A stretch of 64,000 nt of DNA from Chloroflexota bacterium (GTDB taxonomy: Bacteria > Chloroflexota > Anaerolineae > Aggregatilineales > J027): NCBI GenBank assembly GCA_024434115.1, contig QMIT01000004.1, positions 106,632-170,631 on the forward strand, written 5' to 3'. Position numbers and translations under genes: made by a program. The notes under the pieces are model-generated. The model was not told where the DNA came from, did no database searches, and saw nothing but the letters and a program-made list of their open reading frames with translations. This document shows, piece by piece, positions 49,256 through 59,896 of the stretch; position 1 is the first letter of the stretch; each line of letters begins with the position of its first letter.

Positions 49256-50533
49256 ATGAGAACTCGTGCTGTATTGTTAGCAGGTGGTGAAGGCACACGC
49301 TTGGGGGTATTGACCGCAAAACGTGCCAAACCCGCCGTACCCTTCGCTGGAAAATATCGTATTTTAGACTTTGTACTCTCCAATTGTGTTAATTCCAATA
49401 TTTTTGATGTTTTGGTACTGACCCAATATCGCCCCCACTCTCTCAATGAACACATCGCACGCGGCGAGCCGTGGGACTTAGACCGATCCTTTTCCGGCGG
49501 GGTGCAGTTGCTTCAACCCTACAAAGGCCGCAAATCCACCGACTGGTATAAGGGCACAGCCGACGCGGTAACACAAAACCTGAATTTTGTACGTCGTGGC
49601 GCACCCGATAACATCTTGATTTTGTCGGGCGACCATATCTACAAAATGGATTATTCCGAACTGATTGACTATCACGAATCAAATGATGCCGATTTGACCA
49701 TCTGTGTCATCGAAGTACCCATGCACGAAGCCAGTCGCTATGGAATTATGTTTACCGACGACAAAATGAATGTGCTGGAATTTTATGAAAAACCCAAAAA
49801 TCCTCCCGGCAATCTCGCCAATATGGGGGTGTATGTCTTTAAGACCCCGGTGCTAGATTATTATTTGCAGCAAGACGACGCCGATGAAAATTCCGACCAC
49901 GACTTTGGCAAAAACATTATCCCTAAGATGATTAGCGACAAGCTGCGCATCATCGCCTACCCCTTCAAAGATTATTGGGTAGACGTGGGGACAATGGGTG
50001 CTTATTGGGAAGCTCATATGGACTTGCTGCGTAATCCCCCGCTACTTGACTTAAATGACCGCAGTTGGGTCATCCACACTCGGTCTGAAGAACGCCCCCC
50101 GGTCAAAGTGGAACGCGGTGTTGAACTCATTGACAGTATGGTCACAAGTGGTTCAATCATTTCCAGCCGCGCCTATGTGGAACGCAGTGTACTTTCGCCG
50201 GGGGTCGTGGTTGGGCCGGGAGCAATTATCCGCGAAAGCATCATTTTGACGGATGCTTATATTGAAGCAGGGGCGGTGGTTGAGCGCTGCATTATTGATA
50301 AGCAGGCCGTCATCGGCGAAAATACCCGGATTGGTCGCCGCAGCGAGGAAACCAACCCCGAAAAATTGCAGCTAACCAGCGTGGGCAAAAGCGCCCGTGT
50401 GCCCGCCAATTTCACCATTGGCGCAAATGTCATTATCGGCAGTGAGGTGGACATTGAAGACTTCGATAAATTCCCTGACCGAATTGTGCCAGACAGCGCA
50501 CGAGTAGGCTATCTGGGGCCGGACAAATCGTAA
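49256..50533 (+). CDS. glgC: Glucose-1-phosphate adenylyltransferase
   Basis: [57 protein letters not shown]. Confidence 0.95.
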   Translation: MRTRAVLLAGGEGTRLGVLTAKRAKPAVPFAGKYRILDFVLSNCVNSNIFDVLVLTQYRPHSLNEHIARGEPWDLDRSFSGGVQLLQPYKGRKSTDWYKGTADAVTQNLNFVRRGAPDNILILSGDHIYKMDYSELIDYHESNDADLTICVIEVPMHEASRYGIMFTDDKMNVLEFYEKPKNPPGNLANMGVYVFKTPVLDYYLQQDDADENSDHDFGKNIIPKMISDKLRIIAYPFKDYWVDVGTMGAYWEAHMDLLRNPPLLDLNDRSWVIHTRSEERPPVKVERGVELIDSMVTSGSIISSRAYVERSVLSPGVVVGPGAIIRESIILTDAYIEAGAVVERCIIDKQAVIGENTRIGRRSEETNPEKLQLTSVGKSARVPANFTIGANVIIGSEVDIEDFDKFPDRIVPDSARVGYLGPDKS

Positions 50534-52347
50534 TGATGAGACATATTTCGAAATATCTGCTGATGGGTGTCGTTTTGTTGGCACTCGTCAGCAGTCCCTT
50601 TACCAATCTTGCCAACCACCCAACCCCGCACACCGCCTACGCCGACGACTCGATTGAACAGCGGGTAGACGAACTAATCCGCCAAATGACGTTGGAACAA
50701 AAAGTCGGGCAGATGTTTATGGTCAGCATCTATGGTACACGCATGTCTGACCCCAATCTGCGTTTCTTGCGCCAATATCAACCCGGTGCGATTGCGTTGT
50801 TTGGCTCGAACCTCGATTATCAATCCGCCACTGAAACTACAGACTACATCAATGTGTTGCAGCAAATCGTCATCGAATCCAACAGTATCCCGATGTTCGT
50901 CGCGGTAGATCAAGAAGGGGGACGGGTATGGCGGTTGGTCAATGGTTTTACTCATTTCCCCGAACCCCTCTATCTTGGCGCGGCGGCGGATCCCAATATC
51001 GCTTATGCTGTCGGACAAGCGTTGGGCCGCGAAATTAAGGGCGTCGGCGTCAACATGAACCTCGCACCAGTCGTAGACTTGACCACCCGCTTTGATAACC
51101 TCACGCCGACTAGTGTGTTGTTTCAGCGCACGATGGGCGAAGACCCAGTGGTAGTGGGTGAACTTTCCGGGATGCTGACACGTGGTATGGCTGATGCTGG
51201 CGTGATTGGCGTCGTCAAGCATTTCCCCGGTCACAGCCCCACCCGCACCGACAGCCATACTGATTTGGCGGTGGTAGATATTGACCGCCAAACCTTTGAG
51301 GAGCGAAATCTATGGGCGTTTCGACTGGCAATCGAGTACGGCGCGGAAGTCGTGATGGTCGGCCATCTGTATTATCCAGCGATTGAACCCGTCGAGAATC
51401 TGCCTGCCTCGCTGTCCCCCACTATGATGGGCATTCTCCGCAACGATTTAGGCTTTGATGGGGTCATTATGACCGACGCCCTCGGCATGGGCGCGATTTT
51501 GAACCACCACAATGCGGAGGAAGCCGCCCTTCTTGCCATTGATGCCGGAGCAGACATGCTGGCGATGGGGCCAAACATGGCTTTTGCTAAACAAAAATCC
51601 TCAATGGAAGCAGTGGTCGCGGCGGTCAACAGTGGGGAATTATCCGAACGGCGCATTGATGAATCAGTACGGCGCATTTTATTGCTAAAGGCCCGCCATG
51701 ATTTACTCGATTGGGAACCTCTCGATTCCTCCGACCCCGCCACGCGCATCCAGCAGGAACTAACCTCCCCGGTCATGACACAGGCGTTTGAGTCGGCGGT
51801 CACGGTTTTGCAGGATAAAAATGGTCTTTTGCCCCTCCGCCCTACCGATAATGTTGCGCTGATTTTCCCTGCCATCTACAGCGACATCGGCAGAACGTGC
51901 AGCCAATATCTGCCCGATGTCGAAATTTTAGGCTACACCTATTTCGTCGCCGATTGGGAATATGTCAGCACCCGTAAATTGGGCGAATCAGCAGACAAAA
52001 TCATCATTTTTGTGGAGACGCTCTATGTCAACACCGAGCAAGCGGCCTTGATTGAACGTCTGCCCCCCGAAAAAACAGTGGTGGTTTCGCTGGCGACCCC
52101 CTACGATTGGGAATTTATTAAACCGGAGTTCAGGCCAAGCGGTTATGTAGCGGCTTATGCCAACATCCCCGAAGCCCAACAAGCGGCCTGTCGCGTCTTG
52201 GCGGGTGTCGTGCCCACACGCGGAATGCTGCCCCTAACCATGACTGATTTTACTATCGGCTCAGGCTTGGTCTATGATGCCCAACCCATCAGCACCGCCT
52301 CCAATCCGACACCACAAGGCGATACGGTTATAACGCCCATCCCGTAA
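50533..52347 (+). CDS. Secreted GH3 beta-N-acetylhexosaminidase-like protein
   Basis: Signal peptide, VDQEGG, APVVD, KHFPGH.....DSH (NagZ-type), MTDALGM. TAATG coupling to glgC. Confidence 0.88.
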   Translation: MMRHISKYLLMGVVLLALVSSPFTNLANHPTPHTAYADDSIEQRVDELIRQMTLEQKVGQMFMVSIYGTRMSDPNLRFLRQYQPGAIALFGSNLDYQSATETTDYINVLQQIVIESNSIPMFVAVDQEGGRVWRLVNGFTHFPEPLYLGAAADPNIAYAVGQALGREIKGVGVNMNLAPVVDLTTRFDNLTPTSVLFQRTMGEDPVVVGELSGMLTRGMADAGVIGVVKHFPGHSPTRTDSHTDLAVVDIDRQTFEERNLWAFRLAIEYGAEVVMVGHLYYPAIEPVENLPASLSPTMMGILRNDLGFDGVIMTDALGMGAILNHHNAEEAALLAIDAGADMLAMGPNMAFAKQKSSMEAVVAAVNSGELSERRIDESVRRILLLKARHDLLDWEPLDSSDPATRIQQELTSPVMTQAFESAVTVLQDKNGLLPLRPTDNVALIFPAIYSDIGRTCSQYLPDVEILGYTYFVADWEYVSTRKLGESADKIIIFVETLYVNTEQAALIERLPPEKTVVVSLATPYDWEFIKPEFRPSGYVAAYANIPEAQQAACRVLAGVVPTRGMLPLTMTDFTIGSGLVYDAQPISTASNPTPQGDTVITPIP

Positions 52348-52352
52348 ATCAA

Positions 52353-52379
52353 AGGGGTGATTTTCCATCCATCGCCCCT
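52353..52379. terminator. Hairpin between the convergent GH3 and thiolase genes
   Basis: AGGGGTGAT/ATCGCCCCT stem. Confidence 0.6.
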
Positions 52380-52392
52380 CCTCCAAAATCCG

Positions 52393-53556
52393 TCAACTCA
52401 ATCGCTCAATAATCGTGCCTGTGCCCAAACCGCCGCCACAGCACATCGTTTGCAGGCCATAACGTTTATCATGCGTCTCTAAAGCGTGCAGTAGCGTCGT
52501 CATCAATCGTGCTCCCGATGCCCCCAATGGATGCCCCAGCGCAATCGCCCCGCCATGAGCATTGACGCGGTTCATATCGGGGTGATATTCCTTCTCCCAC
52601 GCCAGCACGACTGTTGCAAACGCCTCGTTAATTTCGATCAGATCAATATCATTGAGCGTCAACCCGGCCCGACCCAACACCTTGTGTGTCGCGGGGATAG
52701 GCCCACTCAACATCAACACCGGGTCAACCCCCACCAGTGTTTGGGCCACGATTCGAGCACGGGGCTTGAGGCCGAATTTTTTAGCCGACTCCGCATCCAT
52801 AACCAGCAGCGCCGCCGCTCCGTCCGAAATCTGGCTAGAATTTCCGGCGGTCACGATGCCATTTTCTTTAAAGGCAGGCTTTAAGGATGCCATTTTTTCT
52901 AGCGAGGCATTAGCGCGGAAGCCCTCATCATTGCAGATGGTCACGCGGTTGCCATTTTCATCCACTGTTTCGATGGGCACGATCTCGCCCGAAAACCAGC
53001 CCTGCTGCGTGGCATGGGCAGCGAGTTGATGGCTTTGTAAACTGAATTGATCGGCCTCGGCGCGGCTGATGTGCCATTTTTCCGCCATCATCTCGGCTGA
53101 ATCGCCTTGATGGGTAATCGGATAGGCGTTCAAAATTTCGGGTGTATAGGGAAATCCCGGCCCATTTTTGATGGTCGAGAGCATCGGCACACGTGACATA
53201 CTTTCCACCCCGCCAACTACCATCACATCGGCCTGCCCACTGGCAATCATGCCATACGCCAAATGGAGCGCCTCTTGGCTCGATCCACATTGGGTATCGA
53301 GGGTTGTAGCCGGGACATCCATCGGCAGTCCGGCGTGCAACCAGACTTGTCTGCCCACATTGACGGCCTGTTCCCCTGCTTGTGACACACACCCCCACAG
53401 TACCAACTCTATTTTCAGCGGGTCAAGCCCGGTGCGATCAAATATTGCCTTAACCGGAATTGCTCCCAACGCCACTGCATGTAGCCGACTAAGCCCACCG
53501 TCCCGTTTGCCTGTCGGGGTGCGGACTGCTTCCACAATCACCACTTCACGCGCCAT
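52393..53556 (-). CDS. Thiolase (acetyl-CoA C-acyltransferase)
   Basis: QCGSS, GGVESMS, NEAF, GHPLGASG, MCCGGG. ATG at 53556 follows AGGAAG. Confidence 0.94.
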   Translation of the reverse strand: MAREVVIVEAVRTPTGKRDGGLSRLHAVALGAIPVKAIFDRTGLDPLKIELVLWGCVSQAGEQAVNVGRQVWLHAGLPMDVPATTLDTQCGSSQEALHLAYGMIASGQADVMVVGGVESMSRVPMLSTIKNGPGFPYTPEILNAYPITHQGDSAEMMAEKWHISRAEADQFSLQSHQLAAHATQQGWFSGEIVPIETVDENGNRVTICNDEGFRANASLEKMASLKPAFKENGIVTAGNSSQISDGAAALLVMDAESAKKFGLKPRARIVAQTLVGVDPVLMLSGPIPATHKVLGRAGLTLNDIDLIEINEAFATVVLAWEKEYHPDMNRVNAHGGAIALGHPLGASGARLMTTLLHALETHDKRYGLQTMCCGGGLGTGTIIERLS

Positions 53557-53660
53557 ATAATTCACTTCCTTTGCTTGCTCTACCTTGTCAGCGATAATAA
53601 CCGATGTACTATAGTGGTCGCCAAAAATAGTGGATTTTTCGAGAGGTTTCTCTCCCACCC

Positions 53661-54329
53661 ATGAAAAATAAAACACCTATGCCCACCCTAGACGAAGAAC
53701 GCGCCCTCTATACCGACGGGTATCAAATCATTGCTGGAGTAGATGAAGCCGGACGCGGCAGCATCTTTGGCCCGGTCTGCGTCGGCATGGTCGTCCTGCC
53801 ATCGCAAAATTTGGATGACTTAGTACAGGCATTAAACGAGGTGCGCGATTCCAAAAAAATCTCACGGCGTAAAGTCTATCGGCTGTCCGAGACAATCAAG
53901 GAGGTCGCGGTCAGTTGGGGTGTAGGAGCGGCTTCGGCCCAAGAGGTAGACAAAATCCGCATCACAGCGGCGGTGTCGGAGGCAGGGTATCGTGCCCATG
54001 ACGATTTGCAGAGCCGCACCCCGCTGAAAATTGATTATTTGTTGACCGATAGCCGCATGAATTTATCGAAATTGGCACTCCCTACCAAAGCGATTGTCAA
54101 AGGCGATATGCTGTGCCTCTCGATTGCCTGCGCCGCCATCCTTGCCAAGACCTACCACGACACATTGGTGCGCCAACTTGCCGAGCAATATGACGAAGCA
54201 TATCAGCTACAAACCAATGTTGGCTATGGCACAGCCGCCCATATTTATGCGGTTCGGAAACACGGCCATACCGACGATCATCGCAAAACGTTTATCTTAA
54301 AGGCGCGTCAACTCTCGCTGCCGGAATAG
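53661..54329 (+). CDS. rnhB: Ribonuclease HII
   Basis: GVDEAGRG..GPV, DSKK, KGD..SIA.A.ILAK, GYGT..H. Confidence 0.93.
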   Translation: MKNKTPMPTLDEERALYTDGYQIIAGVDEAGRGSIFGPVCVGMVVLPSQNLDDLVQALNEVRDSKKISRRKVYRLSETIKEVAVSWGVGAASAQEVDKIRITAAVSEAGYRAHDDLQSRTPLKIDYLLTDSRMNLSKLALPTKAIVKGDMLCLSIACAAILAKTYHDTLVRQLAEQYDEAYQLQTNVGYGTAAHIYAVRKHGHTDDHRKTFILKARQLSLPE

Positions 54330-55126
54330 GGTTTATTTAAATCCAGCGACAATTCAATCCCAACTGGACAGTGATCCGATCCCATCACATCGGCCAAAAT
54401 AACGGCTTCTTTCAGCGCGGGTTTTAGTTCAGGCGACATGATGAAATAATCCAGCCGCCAGCCAATATTTTTTTCGCGTGCGCCAGATCGCACCGTCCAC
54501 CATGAATAGCGCCCCGTGACATCGGGATACAGGTGGCGGAAGGTGTCTACATAGCCCATTGTGCCAATCACTTTGTCCAGCCACGCACGTTCTACTGGCA
54601 AGAATCCAGAATTCTTCTCATTCTGCTTGGCATTGGTCAAATCAATCGCTTGGTGGGCGATATTGACATCCCCGCAAAAGACCACCGGCTTCCCTTTGCT
54701 GCGGCAGTTTTCGCAATAACCAATAAACGCTTCGCTGAACGCCAACTTAAAGGCGACACGCTCCGGGCCAGTCGTGCCGCTGGGGAAATAGGCATTGATG
54801 AAGGTAAAAGCAGGATATTCAACCGTCAGTACCCGCCCCTCAATGTCGAATTCAGACAGGCCCATGCCATACGACACTTCTAACGGTTCGACCTTGCTAT
54901 AAACTGCCAAACCGCTGTAGCCTTTTTTCTCCGCCGCTACCCAATAGGATTTGTAACCTGTCACTTCGCGTAAAGCCGCCTCTAATTGGTTGGGGTGAGC
55001 TTTGGTTTCTTGCAGCGCCAAAATATCCGGTGATACCGAGGTAAACCAATCCAAAAAACCTTTTTTGTAGACCGCACGAATCCCATTCACATTCCACGAA
55101 AGCAGTTTCGTCGTTGGGCCAGTCAT
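54308..55126 (-). CDS. xth: Exodeoxyribonuclease III / AP endonuclease
   Basis: SWNVNG, LQETK, GDVNIAH, GWRLDY, GSDHCP. ATG at 55126 follows AAGGAG. Confidence 0.95.
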   Translation of the reverse strand: MTGPTTKLLSWNVNGIRAVYKKGFLDWFTSVSPDILALQETKAHPNQLEAALREVTGYKSYWVAAEKKGYSGLAVYSKVEPLEVSYGMGLSEFDIEGRVLTVEYPAFTFINAYFPSGTTGPERVAFKLAFSEAFIGYCENCRSKGKPVVFCGDVNIAHQAIDLTNAKQNEKNSGFLPVERAWLDKVIGTMGYVDTFRHLYPDVTGRYSWWTVRSGAREKNIGWRLDYFIMSPELKPALKEAVILADVMGSDHCPVGIELSLDLNKPYSGSES

Positions 55127-55182
55127 TGAATTTTCTCCTTCAAATCGGGACTGTCGCATTTTAGCACAAATTTGCGAAAAAC

Positions 55183-55196
55183 CGAACACCTGTTTG
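55183..55196. promoter_or_regulatory. Candidate LexA (GAAC-N4-GTTC type) box upstream of xth
   Basis: CGAAC-ACCT-GTTTG overlaps the -35 position of a minus-strand TGCTAAAAT extended -10 (55166-55158). Confidence 0.45.
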
Positions 55197-55250
55197 CTTG
55201 CATATTGCTTAGGGCGGTATGGGTTCGCTACAATGTGACACGCATCAGAA

Positions 55251-56171
55251 ATGGAACAATCAATGACGACTACAACTTGGCAAAAGCAATTGACAATCTG
55301 GTATCAAGCCGCCCGTCCCCGCAGTCTGACCGCGACCTATATCCCGGTAGCGCTTGGTGGTGTGATGGCATGGGAACATGATCAATTTAAGCTGTTTCGC
55401 TTCCTGTTGGCCCTTTTGGGAGTGCTATTTCTACAAATCAGCGCCAATTTGCTCAACGAATATTTTGACCATAAAAAGGGTGCGGATGAAGGCAAAACAC
55501 ATGGCCTCGGCATGATTATCGCACGCGGTGTTCTCACCCCCCGCCAAGTTTTAATCGGCGGTGTGGTCACACTGGCGCTTGGTTGCTTAATCGGCCTCTA
55601 TTTTGTTGCCATCACCGGGCCGCTGGTGTTATGGATTGGCGTCGCCGGGGCAATTGTGGTGATTTTATATACAGCAGGCCCACTGCCATTGGCTTATATT
55701 GGATTGGGCGAACTGGCGGTCTTCATTTTTATGGGGCCGCTGATTGTCTTAGGCACATATTATGTGCTGGCAGAGGAGGTTAATATTGATACCATTTGGG
55801 CCTCCCTACCCATCGCGTTTTTAGTCGCCAACATTCTGCACGCCAATAATCTGCGTGATCTGGATGCCGACCAAGCCAGAAACAAACGCACGCTGGCGGT
55901 TATTTTTGGACGGCGTTTCGCGGTCTTGGAATATCAACTTCTGACGGCGGGCGCGTTTGTTTCAACGATTATTCTGGTCATCTTGAATATCGCACCTGTC
56001 ACGACTCTGATTGTCGTTTTACTGCTGGCGGAAGCATGGGTACTCGGCGTAATGGCCCAACACAAAGATAATCCTGCCGAACTGCATCAAGTATTTGTGC
56101 GTACCGCCCGCCTACATCGCTGGTTTGGCATTACCTACGTCGTCGGGTGGCTGATTGGAATACTTATCTAA
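55251..56171 (+). CDS. menA: 1,4-dihydroxy-2-naphthoate prenyltransferase (UbiA family)
   Basis: RPRSL, NLLNEYFD.KKGAD, GLGEL.VF..MGP, ANNLRD...D...KRTLAV. Start may be ATG 55263. Confidence 0.9.
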   Translation: MEQSMTTTTWQKQLTIWYQAARPRSLTATYIPVALGGVMAWEHDQFKLFRFLLALLGVLFLQISANLLNEYFDHKKGADEGKTHGLGMIIARGVLTPRQVLIGGVVTLALGCLIGLYFVAITGPLVLWIGVAGAIVVILYTAGPLPLAYIGLGELAVFIFMGPLIVLGTYYVLAEEVNIDTIWASLPIAFLVANILHANNLRDLDADQARNKRTLAVIFGRRFAVLEYQLLTAGAFVSTIILVILNIAPVTTLIVVLLLAEAWVLGVMAQHKDNPAELHQVFVRTARLHRWFGITYVVGWLIGILI

Positions 56172-56189
56172 AAGGATTTACCTTTATCC

Positions 56190-58154
56190 ATGACAAGTGC
56201 CGTGCCTTCAATGGATGTTCTACAATCCACAAAAACCAACAAAAATCTCTGGGGATGGCTTGAAAATACCTTCCTTGCTTTACTGGTGCTGATTTTTGCG
56301 GGACATCTCTTCATCTATCTCGCCTTTGGTATCAACCTCATCCAATTCCCATTTGACTATGACCAAGCGGAGGGCATGGAGCTTAACAACGCCATTTTAA
56401 TCGCCGATGGGAAATGCCCTTACTGCGATAACGACCCCTTCCCCTTTTATGCCAGTGGCTACCCGCCCTTTTATCATGTGGTAATGGTGCCCTTCGTGTG
56501 GATTTTTGGGCCGGAATATTGGTACGGGCGACTGATTGTATTTGTGGGGACATTGGTCACGGCGGGGGCAATCGGATGGGCCGTACACCACCAAACGCGC
56601 CATAAAACTATCGGCCTCATCGCAGGGTTAGCATTCCTAGCCTCCAACTACGTCTATCACATTGCTCCCTTGCTCCGACAGCACTTGTTTATGGTCATGC
56701 TGGAAACATTAGCCGTTGTGCTGGTGACGGTAGCGCATGAATACCCCGACACTGAAAAACACAAACGGCGGCGGTTGCTTATTCTGGGATGTATCTTATT
56801 GGTCGCGGCGGGCTATACCAAACAGCTTGCCTATGCGACAGTCGTGGCAGTCTTTTTGTGGATGTTCCTGCGCAATCCACGCCGAGCCATTGTCTACGGG
56901 GCAGGGGTGATTGTGGCAGCCGGGGCGATTTTTGCGGTTCTCTATCTCATCACCGATGGTTATTGGTATACCAACATCATCGCGTCGAATGTGAATCCCT
57001 TTGTGCCGGGGCAATTTTCTGGCCTAATGAAACAATATCTCCGGCTGCACTGGCCCATTTTGACATTGGCCGGGTTAATGGTCGCCTACGAACTCTATTT
57101 CACGCGCCTCTCGCTGTACAGCCTATGGTTTTTGGCGGCGACGGCGAATACGGCCCTCGCAGGCAAATGGGGCGCAGGCGACAGCTATTTTGTGACCAGT
57201 TTGGCGGCGGCCTGCATCCTCGCGGGGATTTTTGTCGCCAAGACGTTGCAAGGCGATTGGCAATTCCCCGAAAATTATCTGACCCGTCTATTGGGATTTT
57301 TGAAGAAGCTACTTACCAATAATCGCCCTCTCATAAGCCACACCGCAGGATTCTTATCGCTCGGTTTGGTGCTCATATACAGCCTGACGGTAATTAAGCT
57401 ACCCACTAGTGGCCCGATTTTTGGTAAATTGAGTGATACATTGGGAGTCGAGCCGAAATTTGGACATCGTTATCCGCTTTATGATTCAGCAGGTTGGACG
57501 GTAGGCTATGCCGTGACGGGCCATTTCACCAGCGACGAAGATGAGACGAACGGTTGGAAGATCGTAGATCGTATCCGGCACGCTGAGGGGTTGGTCATCT
57601 CAGAAGACGCAGGATTCACTATTCAAGCCGGGCGGGAAGTCATCACCAATGGCGTACAGTTAAAAAATCTGTATGAGCAAGGCAAGTATGACCCCACCGA
57701 ACTAATCACGATGCTGGAAAACCACAAATTTGGCTTAATCGTCTTGCGGGCAGGCTTCTATCCTCCCCCCATCCTCGAAACGATCTACGATGCCTATGCC
57801 GTCACTGAGGCTATCCCCATGAACGGCTTCAATTATGAACTTTGGACACCCAGGCCAACATGGGACGAGCGCCGCGCCCTACGAGACTATTTAAAATCCA
57901 CCAACCCAGATGCCGAATCATTTGCGGTGCAATTGAACATCCCCGAAAATGAAGATGTAGGCGAATGGCTGCAAAAACAGATGAATCGCTGGGGATGGCA
58001 GCCAGAAAACTTGTCCGAACCCACCGAGAATCCTTGCGCGGATTATCCGTTTATCCGTCAAAATCACCGCGCCGTTTTACACATTTGCCATACTGCAACG
58101 GGCGACGGAATGCAGCAGCTAGAGATTGAGGTTTCGCCGTCCAGCCCTTATTGA
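56190..58154 (+). CDS. GT-C membrane glycosyltransferase-like protein
   Basis: FPFDYDQAEG first loop, YPPFY, GR, TKQ, GKWGAGDSYF motifs and many TM helices. Confidence 0.7.
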   Translation: MTSAVPSMDVLQSTKTNKNLWGWLENTFLALLVLIFAGHLFIYLAFGINLIQFPFDYDQAEGMELNNAILIADGKCPYCDNDPFPFYASGYPPFYHVVMVPFVWIFGPEYWYGRLIVFVGTLVTAGAIGWAVHHQTRHKTIGLIAGLAFLASNYVYHIAPLLRQHLFMVMLETLAVVLVTVAHEYPDTEKHKRRRLLILGCILLVAAGYTKQLAYATVVAVFLWMFLRNPRRAIVYGAGVIVAAGAIFAVLYLITDGYWYTNIIASNVNPFVPGQFSGLMKQYLRLHWPILTLAGLMVAYELYFTRLSLYSLWFLAATANTALAGKWGAGDSYFVTSLAAACILAGIFVAKTLQGDWQFPENYLTRLLGFLKKLLTNNRPLISHTAGFLSLGLVLIYSLTVIKLPTSGPIFGKLSDTLGVEPKFGHRYPLYDSAGWTVGYAVTGHFTSDEDETNGWKIVDRIRHAEGLVISEDAGFTIQAGREVITNGVQLKNLYEQGKYDPTELITMLENHKFGLIVLRAGFYPPPILETIYDAYAVTEAIPMNGFNYELWTPRPTWDERRALRDYLKSTNPDAESFAVQLNIPENEDVGEWLQKQMNRWGWQPENLSEPTENPCADYPFIRQNHRAVLHICHTATGDGMQQLEIEVSPSSPY

Positions 58155-58167
58155 TTGGAGCAAAAAG

Positions 58168-59646
58168 ATGAATGTTCTTTTTATCGCCGCCGAAGCCGAC
58201 CCCTTTGCCAAAACAGGCGGTCTAGGTGATGTGGTAGGCAGTTTACCCTGCGCACTCCGCAAATTAGGCATTGATGCACGGGTGTTGATTCCGCATTATG
58301 GCACAATTGATGGCGAAAAATATGGTCTCACCTACAATTTTCAATTTCGCCATACGCGCACAGTGGGCACAGCCGATGTGCTGGTCAGCAAAACCGACTA
58401 TAAGGGTGTGCCGATCTACTTCTTGCGAAGCTGGCCCTTCTTTAGCGAACGTTACGTCTATACCGATACCAATTGGGACAATCAGCGGTTTATCTTCTTC
58501 TCACAGGCTGCAATGGGAGCGGTGTGGGAACTGGCAAATGGGGCCGATGGCGACAATTGGTGGCCGGATGTCATTCATGTACATGACTGGCACACCGGAC
58601 TCATCCCCTTTTTGCTGCATACCACCCGCTTTGTGGATGGCTGGAACAAAATTGCCTCGGTGATCTCAATCCACAACATGGCCTATCAGGGCAAAATGGC
58701 GGGCATCTGGCTGGATACGGTAGGGTTGCCGCCGCGCGACCATTGGGCACTAGAAATGACCAATCACGGCGGTGATTTGCTGGCGATTGGCTTGGCCTAT
58801 GCTGAAAAATTGAATACGGTCAGCCCGAATCACGCCACCGAACTGCATTATCCACGCTTTGGTGAAGGGCTTGAGACCTTAATCTGGGTACGGGATCGTG
58901 ATTTCTCCGGTATTTTGAACGGGTTAGATATGGAACTTTATAATCCCGCCACTGACCCGCATATCTTCCGAAAGTTTGACGCCGATAATTTCCGCACCGA
59001 GCGCATTCACAACAAGCGCAGTCTGCAAGAATTAGTTGGACTGCCCGTCAGTGATGACATTCCCGTGATTGGCTTGGTATCACGGCTGGTGGATCAAAAA
59101 GGTATTGATTTGGCAGTGGATGCCCTGCGCTGGTTGTGTGTGGATTCGGATGTGCAGGTCATCGCCTTGGGGTCGGGCGAGGACGAGCTACAATTTGCCC
59201 TGTGGAAACTGAGTAATGATTTTCACTGGAAAGTGCGGGCCTATACAACTTATGACCCCATTCTGGCACAGCGCATCTATGCGGGGAGTGACTTTTTGTT
59301 GATGCCAAGCCGCTATGAGCCGTGTGGCACATCGCAAATGATCGCTCTGCGTTATGGCTGCCTGCCGATTGTGCGGGAAACAGGTGGGCTAAAAGATACG
59401 GTAACGAATTATGACAATGGCTCTGGCAGTGTGGGGACAGGGTTTTCATTTTTGTGGGAGACGCCGGAAGCGGTCTTGGGGACGCTGCGTTGGGCGATTG
59501 ACACTTATCGGCATAAACACAAGGCTTTTGAGCGGATGCAGGAGCGCGGAATGCGGATAGATTGGGCGTGGGACAAGAGCGCCCAACAGTACATTGACTT
59601 GTATGAGAACGCCATTCGGGTCAAGCGCGGTTGGCTGAACGGCTAG
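58168..59646 (+). CDS. glgA: Glycogen synthase
   Basis: PFAKTGGLGDV, H.HDWH, IHNMAYQG, SRLVDQKG, MPSRYEPCG..Q, TGGLKDTV. ATG at 58168 follows GGAG. Confidence 0.95.
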   Translation: MNVLFIAAEADPFAKTGGLGDVVGSLPCALRKLGIDARVLIPHYGTIDGEKYGLTYNFQFRHTRTVGTADVLVSKTDYKGVPIYFLRSWPFFSERYVYTDTNWDNQRFIFFSQAAMGAVWELANGADGDNWWPDVIHVHDWHTGLIPFLLHTTRFVDGWNKIASVISIHNMAYQGKMAGIWLDTVGLPPRDHWALEMTNHGGDLLAIGLAYAEKLNTVSPNHATELHYPRFGEGLETLIWVRDRDFSGILNGLDMELYNPATDPHIFRKFDADNFRTERIHNKRSLQELVGLPVSDDIPVIGLVSRLVDQKGIDLAVDALRWLCVDSDVQVIALGSGEDELQFALWKLSNDFHWKVRAYTTYDPILAQRIYAGSDFLLMPSRYEPCGTSQMIALRYGCLPIVRETGGLKDTVTNYDNGSGSVGTGFSFLWETPEAVLGTLRWAIDTYRHKHKAFERMQERGMRIDWAWDKSAQQYIDLYENAIRVKRGWLNG

Positions 59647-59705
59647 GTATCCATCGGGACATTTTGGTTTAAAATCAGGGTTTCCAGATATTTATATATT
59701 TAAGA

Positions 59706-59723
59706 ATAGAATATACGTTCTAT
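59706..59723. promoter_or_regulatory. Candidate LexA box
   Basis: ATAGAAT-ATAC-GTTCTAT, one mismatch from AGAAC-N4-GTTCT, with palindromic flanks. Confidence 0.55.
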
Positions 59724-59742
59724 GGTTGGGAATTATATAAGC

Positions 59743-59896
59743 CGGATTTGAATCCGTAACAATTGTTACGCTTTCGGTGAAGTTTCGGCATGAAAGCGGG
59801 TTAAAAAGGGTTATAGAGTTTCATAGTGGCTAATAAACGGAGGCACGAGTAGGCGCTGTGAAACGGGATGCACTTGTCAAGTGGTGTCACTTGATA
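59743..59896 (+). ncRNA. Candidate structured RNA or leader, unassigned
   Basis: Five consecutive inverted repeats; G-U pairs in three stems favour the + strand. No known family recognised. Confidence 0.3.
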
